Positions 1 to 9,585 of a stretch of 64,000 bases of DNA are shown here, piece by piece (the stretch's first letter is position 1; the number at the start of each line of letters is the position of its first letter). The notes beneath the pieces are model-generated. The model worked only from the letters and a program-made list of their open reading frames with translations, was not told the DNA's origin and made no database searches. The stretch is from an uncultured cyanobacterium (GTDB taxonomy: Bacteria; Cyanobacteriota; Cyanobacteriia; Cyanobacteriales; Cyanobacteriaceae): the NCBI GenBank assembly GCA_963749915.1, contig CAVVOP010000008.1, forward strand, positions 608,001-672,000. Reading direction: 5' to 3'. The position numbers were made by a program, and so were the translations under genes.

Positions 1-1157
1 GGATTGGATTTAGCTAAAGATTGAAGATGGTAAAGAAACATTTTCGGAGTCATCCCTACAGTCTGGATTTGCGCTAATCTGGCCTCTAAAAGAGGAAGAT
101 TAATATATTCTGCAAAAACTTGCCGACTAAAACGAATTTTTTCGGGATTGGCTACGGTGGTATGAGAATAGACCTTTTCCGCTTGAATGGCAGTGGTGTA
201 AGTATCTGTCTCTACCGCTAAAATTGGTAGAGGATTAACTAATCCTTCAATTAAGTTACAAACTGAAGGTTCCGGCTTAATTCCGCCAGTGAGCAAAATC
301 CCTGCTAGATTAGGATAATTGCTCGACAGATTGCTTTGTAACATAGCTAAGATCAAATCACTACGATCCCCCGGTGTAATAATTAACTGACCCTCTTTTA
401 ACCATTGCAAGGCATTTCCCACCTGCATCGCCGTGACGAGATAACCCAGAATCAGATTGTCCACTCTCTCTTCGCCATAAAGAATAGAGGCCTGAAGTTG
501 TTCGGCTAAGTCCCCCACTTGCGGGGCATTTAAGCGGGGAATGTAAGGGATGATGGAAAGCAAATAGTTAGAGTAAGAGTATTCCGAGACTAAAATTTCC
601 TGTAGGGGTTGTACTTGCTCTGGTGCCACTTTATTGACGACAATGCCAATAATTTCACATTGTTTCCGTTCATATTCTTTGATTGTTACGGTAATATTGC
701 TAGTAATTTCCTCAATAGTTCGATTTTCCCCACTCACTAATAAAATGAGGGGACAGCCAAAATTTTGCGCAATAACAAAATTAAAATCTAATTCAAAATT
801 AAGGTTTTTGCCGATATAATCGGAGCTTTCACAAAGAATAAAATCACATTTGGTTTCTAAATTTTTGTATTTAGTAATAATTCGGTGTAAAGCTTGCTCA
901 AATTGATGATTATTGATCAGGTTAATCGCTTCGCTTTCTAATAAACCAAAGGATTCTTCATATTCTTGTGGCAGATTAAATTGATTAATAATTAGTTCAA
1001 TGTCTTCGTTTCTTTGGTTTGGTTTTCTTTCTTGAATAAAGGGGCGAAAAAATCCGATTTTAGTGGTTTTTCGCAGAGCTAGTTCCATGATTCCCAGAGC
1101 TAGTAAAGCTTTCCCACTTTCTGGCTCTAGGGTACTAAGATAAACAGAAGTGGCCAT
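1..1157 (-). CDS. pta: Phosphate acetyltransferase, long form (partial; runs off the window start)
   Basis: Not in the ORF track. Minus-strand ATG at 1157 reads MATSVYLSTLEPESGKALLALGIMELALRKTTKIGFFRPFI; DRTGG-domain motif LIITPGDRSDLI near 360-385. Confidence 0.9.
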   Translation of the reverse strand, partial: MATSVYLSTLEPESGKALLALGIMELALRKTTKIGFFRPFIQERKPNQRNEDIELIINQFNLPQEYEESFGLLESEAINLINNHQFEQALHRIITKYKNLETKCDFILCESSDYIGKNLNFELDFNFVIAQNFGCPLILLVSGENRTIEEITSNITVTIKEYERKQCEIIGIVVNKVAPEQVQPLQEILVSEYSYSNYLLSIIPYIPRLNAPQVGDLAEQLQASILYGEERVDNLILGYLVTAMQVGNALQWLKEGQLIITPGDRSDLILAMLQSNLSSNYPNLAGILLTGGIKPEPSVCNLIEGLVNPLPILAVETDTYTTAIQAEKVYSHTTVANPEKIRFSRQVFAEYINLPLLEARLAQIQTVGMTPKMFLYHLQSLAKSN

Positions 1158-1173
1158 AATTTTAATTAATAGG

Positions 1174-1215
1174 TAATAAGTAATAAGTAATAAGTAATAA
1201 GTAATAAGTAATAAG
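1174..1215. repeat. (TAATAAG)6 heptamer tandem repeat (STRR-like)
   Basis: Read directly; the same unit occurs at 23845-23878 and 30173-30193. Confidence 0.95.
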
Positions 1216-1361
1216 TTTTTACTTGAAATTTTAGAGGATTTTAAAATTCTCAAGTATTTAGTTATATTATAAAAATAAAAACTTAAATAAATAAATAATT
1301 TTGTTAGTGTTTCTTGACAATGTTAAGTTAATAAAAAACATAATATAACAGACTTTTTAAG

Positions 1362-2249
1362 ATGAAATCTCTTCTGATTTTTTTTGCTATTTTTCTGGGT
1401 TTAATCTTTTCAGAGTCGAACTCTTATTCCTTTTTAATCAAATATATAATTATGGTTATGCTGTTTTTTTCTTTCTTGGAGGAAGATTTTCTCGCCCATA
1501 AATATCTTTATCTGGAAGCTCTAAAAGTTTTTTTGTTAATGGTAATAGTTGCCTTGTTTTTTTATGCAATTATTAATTTATATTGGGATCAAGAATTAGC
1601 TTTGATTGCCTTTTTAGTGGCGATTACACCTACGGCAACCGGGGCTCCTGTGGTGATGAGTTTGACGAGAAAAAATGTAAGCTATGTGACGACTTCAATT
1701 ATTCTAACTACTTTTCTGGCTTCGCTCCTTTTATCCTTTCTCTTACCTTTAATTACTCAGAGCTCAGCAAAGATCTCCACGGGCGGGATTCTCTTTTCCA
1801 CCCTGATCATTGTCGTTATTCCCCTTGGGTTGTGCCAACTTCTCAAAAAATTTTCTGCCGGGACTGTGGATTTTTTGCGGCAATGGAGATGGCTCTCCTT
1901 TTATTTCTGGCTCTTGGTTCTCTATTTAGCGACGTCAAAGACGGTCTTTTATCTCCGCAATCAGGCGTCATCTCCAATTGGGAGAATCGTCCAAATAGCT
2001 CTAATCTCCCTGACTATTTGTATTGTTAACTTTACTTTAGGTCGGATACTGGGTGGAGCTCGTTATTCTTGGGAAACTAGCCAAAGTCTAGGGCAAAAAA
2101 ATACCATGTTTATGGTTTGGATTGGTCTGCAATTTCTGAGTCCCATAACTGCTTTGGGACCTATGTTTTACGTGCTGTATCAAAACCTATATAATTCCTA
2201 CTTAATTTCTTCTTATCAAAAAAACAGTAGTCGTTCCAGAGGTCTTTAA
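1362..2249 (+). CDS. Bile acid:sodium symporter (BASS) family membrane protein
   Basis: Polytopic hydrophobic ORF with PTATGAPV and QSLGQKNT motifs. Confidence 0.75.
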   Translation: MKSLLIFFAIFLGLIFSESNSYSFLIKYIIMVMLFFSFLEEDFLAHKYLYLEALKVFLLMVIVALFFYAIINLYWDQELALIAFLVAITPTATGAPVVMSLTRKNVSYVTTSIILTTFLASLLLSFLLPLITQSSAKISTGGILFSTLIIVVIPLGLCQLLKKFSAGTVDFLRQWRWLSFYFWLLVLYLATSKTVFYLRNQASSPIGRIVQIALISLTICIVNFTLGRILGGARYSWETSQSLGQKNTMFMVWIGLQFLSPITALGPMFYVLYQNLYNSYLISSYQKNSSRSRGL

Positions 2250-2294
2250 TATTCTTATTCCTTAATCTCTTATATTAATTATTGCCGCATTTAT

Positions 2295-2364
2295 GCTGAA
2301 AAACTTGATCAAAGGAGAAGTGTGGGGAGTGTGGGAAGCACCGTTCGTTTTGGCATTTTTCTCC
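2295..2364. repeat. 70-bp dispersed repeat; exact inverted copy at 20000-20069
   Basis: GCTGAAAAACTTGATC...TGGCATTTTTCTCC is the reverse complement of 20000-20069. Confidence 0.9.
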
Positions 2365-2432
2365 CCCCTCTTCCCTATCCTTGTCACAACACATAATTAT
2401 TCAAATCCCTCGCAGTATTGAGGTGTGGGTAG

Positions 2433-2780
2433 TTAATCGAGTAACCAATCATCTGGATGGGTAATCATCTTTACTAACCCACTCAGAACTTGATTATAAG
2501 TTCCGTAAAGTTCTCTTCCTTGTTCGACCGTGAGATACTGACATGAGACGGCAAACTTTAACCAAACTTGAGTTTCTGCCGCTTCTGCCTCACAATCATT
2601 CAGTTTAGCCACAAAAGTTGCTTTATATCGGCGTTTTCTCCAAGCTTCTGCTAGATTGGCCCAGACTGAGCGACAGGAGCGACGAATTTGGTCGGTTAAT
2701 GAATATTTTTCTTCCACAGGAAACTTTTTAGACAGCTCAAAAATTTGCATTGCTGTCTTAAATGCCAATTGATAAATGCC
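2433..2780 (-). pseudogene. Four-helix-bundle (23S rRNA IVP-like) protein, probably 5'-truncated
   Basis: FPVEEKYSLTDQIRRS...NLAEAWRKRRY...CEAEAAETQ motif. The similarity appears to begin at IYQLAFK with no normal N-terminus and abuts an IS-end remnant. Confidence 0.75.
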
Positions 2781-2962
2781 TTTGACTGAGCAGCCAATCG
2801 CGAAACCCGTGTCTGTTTCAAGAAAAGACGACTAAGCGACTAAGGTTGGCATCGAGAACAAGAGGCTTAAGGCAGGTTGGGATAATCGTTATTTGGAAAC
2901 TGTACTCAGTTGCCTCAGTCTTTCTAGTTCCTAAATGTTAAGAAACGCGTGCGATTCTCCTG
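2781..2962 (-). mobile_element. IS end remnant with terminal repeat CAGGAGAATCGCAC
   Basis: Reverse complement of 2941-2962 (CAGGAGAATCGCACGCGTTTCT) matches the left end of the MITE at 21282 (CAGGAGAATCCCACACGTTTCT) at 20/22; inner boundary uncertain. Confidence 0.55.
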
Positions 2963-3082
2963 ATTTCTAAACTCGTCCAGCCACAATCTTGAGAAAAAAT
3001 GTTAGAACAATTAACAGTGGACAGTGAATGCCTAGATCATAAATTGAGATCAAAAATCATTAAGTTATTATAAGCAAATATC

Positions 3083-4549
3083 ATGCAACAGTTAGAAAAA
3101 CCGTGGCAATCATACTCATTATCAGACTGGCGACAAGGTTATGAATCCCAACCCCAAGAATTTGAGTATATTATCGACGATATAGAAGGGGAGATACCCG
3201 TCGATTTATCCGGTACATTGTACCGCAACGGTCCCGGACTGTTAGAAATTCAAGGCACGCCCTTACAACATCCCTTTGATGGTGATGGCATGATTTGTGC
3301 TTTTACCTTTAAAAACGGGCATTGTTTTTTCCGTAATCGTTTTGTCAAAACTAAAGAATATTTAGCGGAACAAAAAGCGGGTAAAATGCTTTATCGCGGT
3401 ATATTCGGTAGTCAAAAACCCGGCGGTTGGTTAGCTAACTTATTCGACATTCGAGTGAAAAATATTGCCAATACTAATGTTATCCATTGGGGTAATAAAC
3501 TCTTAGCTTTATGGGAAGCCGCACAACCTTATGGCCTCAATCCCGAAAATTTAGAGACAATAGGTTTAGATGACTTAGACGGTATTTTACAAAAAGGAGA
3601 TGTTTTTAGTGCACATCCAAGAATTGACCCCCATTCCCCATTTAATAATGGTAGGCCCTCTTTAGTTAATTTTGGCATTAAACAGGGAGTTTCTAGCACT
3701 ATTACGGTGTACGAATTTGACGAATTAGGGAAAATTTTACAAAAATATAGTCATGAAACCCCCGGATTCTGTTTTATCCATGATTTTGTCATTACCCCTA
3801 ACTATTGCATCTTTTTTCAAAATCCCACTACTTATAACCCTTTACCCTTTATTTTTGGTTTCAAAGGTGCAGGGGAATGTCTCGATTTTCAAAGTAGCCA
3901 ACCCACCAAAATTATTTTAATTCCCCGTAACGCACCTCATGATAGAGTTATCATCTCAGAAACGGAAGCGGGATTTATTTTTCATCATAGTAATGCCTTT
4001 GAGGCAAATAATCAGGAAATTGTCATAGACTCTATTTGTTATGCTGAATTAAGCCAAATCGATCCTGATAATAGTTATAAAGAAGTAGATTTTGATAAAC
4101 TTCCACCGGGGCAACTATGGCGCTTTAAACTTAATTTAGCTACTAAAAAAGTCACAAAAGAATTAATTAACTCTCGTTGCGTGGAATTTCCCTCTATCAA
4201 CCCCGAAAATGTCGGGCGAGATTACCGCTATGTTTTTATTGGTGCGACGGATCACCCCACAAAAAATGCCCCTTTGCAAGCCTTACTAAAACTGGATTTA
4301 GGGACAAAAAAAGAACAAATATACTCTTTTGCTCCGAAAGGCTTTGCCGGTGAACCAGTATTTATACCTAAAAACAACCCGGAATCGGAAGACGATGGTT
4401 GGGTATTGGATTTAATTTATGATTCTAGTCACCATCGTTCAGATTTAGTTATATTTGACGGCAAAGATATTAGTCAACCAGTGGCAACATTACACTTAAA
4501 ACAACATATCCCCTATGGATTGCATGGCAGTTGGAAAACAAACAATTAA
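3083..4549 (+). CDS. Carotenoid/apocarotenoid cleavage oxygenase (RPE65 family)
   Basis: RNGPG, HPFDGDG, FSAHP, FIHDF, FIFHH, GEPVF, EDDGW and PYGLHGSW; four Fe-binding His. Confidence 0.95.
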   Translation: MQQLEKPWQSYSLSDWRQGYESQPQEFEYIIDDIEGEIPVDLSGTLYRNGPGLLEIQGTPLQHPFDGDGMICAFTFKNGHCFFRNRFVKTKEYLAEQKAGKMLYRGIFGSQKPGGWLANLFDIRVKNIANTNVIHWGNKLLALWEAAQPYGLNPENLETIGLDDLDGILQKGDVFSAHPRIDPHSPFNNGRPSLVNFGIKQGVSSTITVYEFDELGKILQKYSHETPGFCFIHDFVITPNYCIFFQNPTTYNPLPFIFGFKGAGECLDFQSSQPTKIILIPRNAPHDRVIISETEAGFIFHHSNAFEANNQEIVIDSICYAELSQIDPDNSYKEVDFDKLPPGQLWRFKLNLATKKVTKELINSRCVEFPSINPENVGRDYRYVFIGATDHPTKNAPLQALLKLDLGTKKEQIYSFAPKGFAGEPVFIPKNNPESEDDGWVLDLIYDSSHHRSDLVIFDGKDISQPVATLHLKQHIPYGLHGSWKTNN

Positions 4550-4752
4550 CAATTAGCGTGGGGGATAATAACATTATACCCTTGCTAGTTAATGACAAAG
4601 TGGTTTCTTTCCTCATATATATCTGTGAATAAGTGCTGAAAAAAACATTAAGAATATTGAATTTTCCTCTCAGTTTCAATAGTTATGAGTTTTTTGAGCT
4701 AACCTATAAAGTAGGAAATTGTCAATTTTATACTTTATCATAGAGAGTTTTT

Positions 4753-4893
4753 ATGTCTGACTTGAATCGTGGCATCATGAAATTTGACGGTGCAGACAAG
4801 CCGATTATTGTTGGTATATCTGCCGTGATTATTTTAGGAAGTATTGCAGCCTTAATTATTTGGTCACTAAAAGTTGCCTATGTGGTAGCTTAA
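4753..4893 (+). CDS. ndhQ: NDH-1L small subunit NdhQ (46 aa)
   Basis: Not in the ORF track. MSDLNRGIMKFDGADKPIIVGISAVIILGSIAALIIWSLKVAYVVA has the NRGIMKFDGAD motif plus one TM helix typical of NdhQ. Confidence 0.9.
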   Translation: MSDLNRGIMKFDGADKPIIVGISAVIILGSIAALIIWSLKVAYVVA

Positions 4894-5053
4894 TTTTTTT
4901 ACTTTTAAATACCCTAAAGTAACTCATTTTTTGCCCCTATCTTATTCTTTTAAATAAAAATGTAGGGGTTTTGTCACACAAAATAAATTATTGTGGGGAT
5001 AGAAAATTTTAAAACCTATCATATATTAAAGGATTATTAATTAAACTAAAAAA

Positions 5054-5404
5054 ATGTCAAAATTTATTAATAGTCAAATAGTTTGTTTAGACGGTCAAAA
5101 TAAATCTTTATATTGTCAAGTAATTGACGTTATTGATGATCGTAAAATATCTTGGGTTAGACCTGTTATTTTGGTAGATTTAAAAACTAAATATAATAAC
5201 TATTTTTGTCATAAAAATGATGTTTATGACTTGCGCTTTACCTCTGATTTATTATGGAAAATTGATGATTTTAGAATAGTTTTAGATACAGAATATATAC
5301 AATTTTTAGCAAACTTACAAGAATTCGAATTTGACGAGGATAAGCTAATCATTGCTAAACAAAAGTTAAGACTTTTTATTCAAGAAATCTTGGCAACTAA
5401 CTAA
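5054..5404 (+). CDS. Cyanobacterial hypothetical protein
   Basis: 116-aa ORF with LYCQVI..WVRP..DLR..SDLLW pattern. Confidence 0.65.
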   Translation: MSKFINSQIVCLDGQNKSLYCQVIDVIDDRKISWVRPVILVDLKTKYNNYFCHKNDVYDLRFTSDLLWKIDDFRIVLDTEYIQFLANLQEFEFDEDKLIIAKQKLRLFIQEILATN

Positions 5405-5465
5405 TAATTAATAATTAATAATTAATAATAATAATAACAATAACAATAACAATAACAATAACAAT
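5402..5465. repeat. Compound microsatellite (TAATAAT)n-(AATAAC)5
   Basis: Read directly. Confidence 0.9.
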
Positions 5466-5483
5466 CGATTCTGTATTATTTCT

Positions 5484-6959
5484 ATGATTACAAAAAGAGA
5501 ATACCAAGAATGGGAAAGACGCAGAAATAAAGCTCAACAACATCGTAAAAAAAAGAGCAATTTTCTTGCTACTTTATGGGTGACGATCGTTTTTTTATCC
5601 ATCGGTTTGACTATCAAAAATAATCCTCAATTTTTTGGACTAGTTTCTGAAGAATTGACGTGGAAAAACGTTTTTAATTCTTTATCTTTTTCTCCTAATT
5701 CTCTTAAATTCTTAACAGAAGAATTTGTTACAAAAATTGACGAGCCTATTGTTATCAACAATCCGGATAATCTTCAGGAAAAAAGATTTACCACCATTGA
5801 TAATAAAGCTCTGGCTGTCCAATATACAGGCAATTCCGTTAAAGATTTGGCTAATATTTTATCTCAAAATGCCGCTACCGAGGAAGAAAAAGCAAGAATT
5901 ATTTATACATGGATTACCCATAATATTAGTTATGATGTGGAGGCTTTATCTGATTTATTTGAAAAAAATATTTATCCTGACGTTAAAGCAGAAACAGTTT
6001 TAAATACTCGATCGACTATTTGTTCAGGTTATGCTAATTTATATCAACAATTAGCTCAATATATGGGGCTAAAATCTTTGATTATAACTGGCTATGCTAA
6101 AGGAATCAATTATATTGTTGGGAAAGACAACCAAGTAAATCATGCTTGGAATGGAGTTAAAATTGATGGTAATTGGTATCTAATTGATACAACTTGGGGT
6201 GCAGGTACTGTCAATAATAATGTTTTTTCCGCTCTATTTAATCCTTATTATTTCGCTCCAAAGCCACAAGAATTTATTTATAGTCATTTTCCAGAAAATT
6301 CCCAATGGCAATTATTAAATACTCCTATTTCTCGTTCCCAATTTGATACTTTTGCTGATGTTTCTTCTACTTTATTTGAGTACAATATAAAATTAATTAG
6401 CCATAAAAATTTACGAATTGATACAGATAACCGTCTCAATATTACCTTAAAAGCACCTAAAAATGTGGTGGCAATCGCCAAATTAAAATCAGCAGAACAA
6501 GAATTATCAGATAACTATACCTTTGTGCAAAAACAGGGAGAAAATATCATTGTTAACACGAATTTTCCTGAAAAAGGTAATTATGAATTAGAAATATTTG
6601 CTAAACCAAAAGATGAGGATAATAATTATCCTTTAATAGTGACTTATCAAATTTCTGCCAATAGTGGTAGTAATGGTAATAAATTCCCTGTCACTTTTCA
6701 ACATTTTGCTGACCATAATGGTTACTTAGAGTCACCGTTAACCGCCAATTTACCCACTAACCAAAGTACTTATTTTAAATTGAAAATTGATTCAGCGACA
6801 GATGTGAAAGTATTGAATAAATCTACCAATAAATGGCAGGATTTAACTCGTTATGGTAACGTCTTTACAGGGAATATCGATATAGATTCAGGAAAAATAA
6901 TAGTATTCGCTAAGTTTCCCCAGGACTCCCGTTATTGGGCTTTATTAGAATACAATTAA
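5484..6959 (+). CDS. Membrane-anchored transglutaminase-like (CYK3/KY-peptidase type) protein
   Basis: N-terminal TM segment; KARIIYTWITHNI; triad ICSGYA / HAWN / IDTTWGAG; SHFPE..WQLL; beta-rich C-terminus. Confidence 0.85.
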   Translation: MITKREYQEWERRRNKAQQHRKKKSNFLATLWVTIVFLSIGLTIKNNPQFFGLVSEELTWKNVFNSLSFSPNSLKFLTEEFVTKIDEPIVINNPDNLQEKRFTTIDNKALAVQYTGNSVKDLANILSQNAATEEEKARIIYTWITHNISYDVEALSDLFEKNIYPDVKAETVLNTRSTICSGYANLYQQLAQYMGLKSLIITGYAKGINYIVGKDNQVNHAWNGVKIDGNWYLIDTTWGAGTVNNNVFSALFNPYYFAPKPQEFIYSHFPENSQWQLLNTPISRSQFDTFADVSSTLFEYNIKLISHKNLRIDTDNRLNITLKAPKNVVAIAKLKSAEQELSDNYTFVQKQGENIIVNTNFPEKGNYELEIFAKPKDEDNNYPLIVTYQISANSGSNGNKFPVTFQHFADHNGYLESPLTANLPTNQSTYFKLKIDSATDVKVLNKSTNKWQDLTRYGNVFTGNIDIDSGKIIVFAKFPQDSRYWALLEYN

Positions 6960-7044
6960 TCAGCCTCAGTCATACTAATTTTGTGAGGTTTTTTTCATGT
7001 TTACTTGTTGTATTTATTTTCCTCGGTAAATTGAGGTTAGGATT

Positions 7045-7626
7045 TTATTCTAGGCGATCGCCAGGACAAATTTTCGGAGTATAATCAATACATTGTGGTT
7101 TTAAAGTCTTAACTAAATCAATAAATTCTTTCGCGTTTTTACCAGTAATATTTAAAGCAGAAATAGTTTCTTTTTTCGGATTATCCACATAATGAATTGT
7201 AATTTCTTCAGTACCCGAAGAGCCAAATTTCTTTAAAGTATCAAGGGCAAATTGACAAGTCCAAGAATATTCACCCATATAAACCTTGCCTTGATCTGCC
7301 TCATAATTCCAAGTAAATTTGTAATTAGGCTCTCTATCCTTGCAAAAATTCACTGAAACTTCTAACATTTTCGCCAAATGGACTTCATAAAGCCTTAAAC
7401 CATCTGTTACAGGAGTTGTAGTAGTTGCCTCAGAAGCACGAAATGTTCCTGAACGACCAGAAAAGTCTCCCCCAGCACCAGCAAAATTAATATAAGCATT
7501 AGAAACAGGAATAGCTGTAACCGAAGCCGCAAAGGAGAAAATACTTGTACAACTTAAAGAAGTAATACCTAATAGTAATCGAGTTAAAGGTAATTTCTTA
7601 ATCATAATGTTTGATTGAATCCTCAA
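7045..7626 (-). CDS. Secreted hypothetical protein
   Basis: Signal-peptide-like N-terminus; several Cys. Confidence 0.65.
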   Translation of the reverse strand: MRIQSNIMIKKLPLTRLLLGITSLSCTSIFSFAASVTAIPVSNAYINFAGAGGDFSGRSGTFRASEATTTTPVTDGLRLYEVHLAKMLEVSVNFCKDREPNYKFTWNYEADQGKVYMGEYSWTCQFALDTLKKFGSSGTEEITIHYVDNPKKETISALNITGKNAKEFIDLVKTLKPQCIDYTPKICPGDRLE

Positions 7627-7717
7627 AATTGTTGCGATGAATTCGGATTGAAGAAGGGGTTTTTTCTCTCCGAATTATGTCATAAATATTAATTGTTGCT
7701 ATGAAAGGGCTGAAAAA

Positions 7718-8182
7718 TTATCCCCCATAAACAGCCGCATCAGGAATGATAATAAATAATCTATCATTTCCTTCTGTAATTCCTATATACCACTCATCTC
7801 CATCTTTTCCCCAATCCAATTTTCCGCCGAAAGTGGTGGTAACATTCCCTTTATTGAAATCATACTGAACTTCGTAGTTATTGGGAAATTGAACTACAAC
7901 ACTAGCGACTCCATTCCCCTTGCGTACAATACCTCCAGGGCATTGTTCATCATGATTAGGTTCCCCCACCGAGCATTTAAAATAAGCGGTGGCATTGTAA
8001 TAATCACCTACTTTATAAGGATGTGGAGGAAGTTCAGCAAGAAGATTATTTTCAGCGAACTGATTTGCAGGAAAATTCGAGACAGAAACAGCATCCCCAC
8101 TATTAAAAGAATGAGGGATAATAGCTAATCCTAATGTGGCAACGGCTAAAGAAAATGAACCTAAGACCGATTTTTTGTCCAT
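7718..8182 (-). CDS. Secreted hypothetical protein
   Basis: Signal-peptide-like N-terminus; Cys pair; ends IPDAAVYGG. Confidence 0.7.
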   Translation of the reverse strand: MDKKSVLGSFSLAVATLGLAIIPHSFNSGDAVSVSNFPANQFAENNLLAELPPHPYKVGDYYNATAYFKCSVGEPNHDEQCPGGIVRKGNGVASVVVQFPNNYEVQYDFNKGNVTTTFGGKLDWGKDGDEWYIGITEGNDRLFIIIPDAAVYGG

Positions 8183-8329
8183 AATTATGTCTTTGTGGTT
8201 ATTTTTGATTCAAGAAAATTAATTTCATTCTGAATTTTAAATTAAAGGATGTTTTAATATTGCAAATGTTCCCAAGCCTTGTTCATTTTGAACTTGGTAA
8301 TTAATTGTATCATTAGATTTGACTAAATT

Positions 8330-8719
8330 TTAATTACCATATAGCCATCGGTAAAGCCAACTTTTTTTGTTTCGATGACGAATTTTTTTTACCTTTTCAG
8401 AAAGATAATATTTTTGTTTTTCAGAAAGTCCACCCTGCAAAATATAAATACTTTGCCACACTAAAACGGAAGTAGTAAAACCAATGCAAAAACTTAACCC
8501 CAATGTCGCCCAAGGATTAAATTCCAAGCCTAAACGTAGGGCTGACCATGTAAAATAATCTTGACACAAAGAAATCGTTTCTCGCAATTGCCACAATGCC
8601 CAAGGTAGAATCAAAATCCACGACGTAGCCACTAATACCCATCTACCATAAACGGTTAATTGATGTAGTCTATTGATTTCTCGATCTGAAATGGAGTTAT
8701 TTTCAATGTGGCTATTCAT
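8330..8719 (-). CDS. Small membrane protein, hypothetical
   Basis: Two TM segments, 129 aa. Confidence 0.7.
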   Translation of the reverse strand: MNSHIENNSISDREINRLHQLTVYGRWVLVATSWILILPWALWQLRETISLCQDYFTWSALRLGLEFNPWATLGLSFCIGFTTSVLVWQSIYILQGGLSEKQKYYLSEKVKKIRHRNKKSWLYRWLYGN

Positions 8720-8811
8720 AACAGAATTTAAAGAGTAAATTTTAAACTTTTCATTACCTTTTCTTAACTTCTACAGGATAATCTTATGGTTGAGTCAATG
8801 TTATCCTCTCA

Positions 8812-9435
8812 ATGACACTAATTTTTATGTTACTTACCTCTCCTTTCAACATTAATAATAACTTAAGTCCCCAGATTCAATCAAGTGAAAGAAAGTTACA
8901 TTTTTATGAGCGGGGAGAAGATATTCCTTTTCTTAGTCAAGGTATTTGGCAGGTTAATCGTGGGATAGTACAGTTATTTAGGTTTAATAACCACGGGGAA
9001 GAAACTTTGTTAGGGTGGGTACAGTCAGATAATTTTTTTGGTGTTTGTTTAACTTCTCTGAATACTCTTCAAGCTAGGGCTTTATCAGACGTATATTTAT
9101 CGTGGTATTCTTCCCTCGAAATTGAAAAAGATGAGGATTTGGCACGGAAAATACTCCCCCAAGTTATGAAACGTCTTCAACAAAGTGAACAATTATTGGC
9201 GATCGCAGGCATCAAAAGAGTAGAAGATAGACTTTTACAACTATTGAAATTGTTAGAGAAAGAAATGGGAGAAACAAGGGGGTCTGGCGTAAGAATAAAG
9301 GTAAGATTTACCCATCAAAACTTAGCCAATGCTATTGGTTCAACTAGGGTGACCGTGACGAGATTATTAGGAGATTTACAAAAACAAGGATTAATTTCCC
9401 TCGACAGTAGTCGTCATATCTGTATACATAAATAA
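8812..9435 (+). CDS. Crp/Fnr family transcriptional regulator
   Basis: C-terminal HTH FTHQNLANAIGSTRVTVTRLL. Confidence 0.92.
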   Translation: MTLIFMLLTSPFNINNNLSPQIQSSERKLHFYERGEDIPFLSQGIWQVNRGIVQLFRFNNHGEETLLGWVQSDNFFGVCLTSLNTLQARALSDVYLSWYSSLEIEKDEDLARKILPQVMKRLQQSEQLLAIAGIKRVEDRLLQLLKLLEKEMGETRGSGVRIKVRFTHQNLANAIGSTRVTVTRLLGDLQKQGLISLDSSRHICIHK

Positions 9436-9585
9436 AACTCGATCGCCATTGTCATAGAGTATCTATGTACAATTCTCCTTCCCTAACAATCACATTTACG
9501 ACCTAGGCACAAGATCAAAGTAAAACTCAGGGTTAAAAAATGATAAGATGATTTTTGCTATAGCTAGTAATATTAGAGAAAATAA

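Noticed and set aside
634..819. 61-aa plus-strand ORF
   Set aside because: Antisense shadow of pta
1174..1215. Short repeat arrays (here and at 5402, 23845, 30173, 42555) as CRISPR arrays
   Set aside because: Contiguous 6-7 bp units with no spacers and no cas genes
2433..2768. Four-helix-bundle gene as the Avd of a diversity-generating retroelement
   Set aside because: No reverse transcriptase and no adenine-mismatched TR/VR pair in the window; the 70-bp repeat pair is exact and inverted
7718..7726. C-terminal GG as a ubiquitin-like tag for the Anbu system
   Set aside because: The protein has a signal peptide, lies about 45 kb away, and no E1/JAB genes are present
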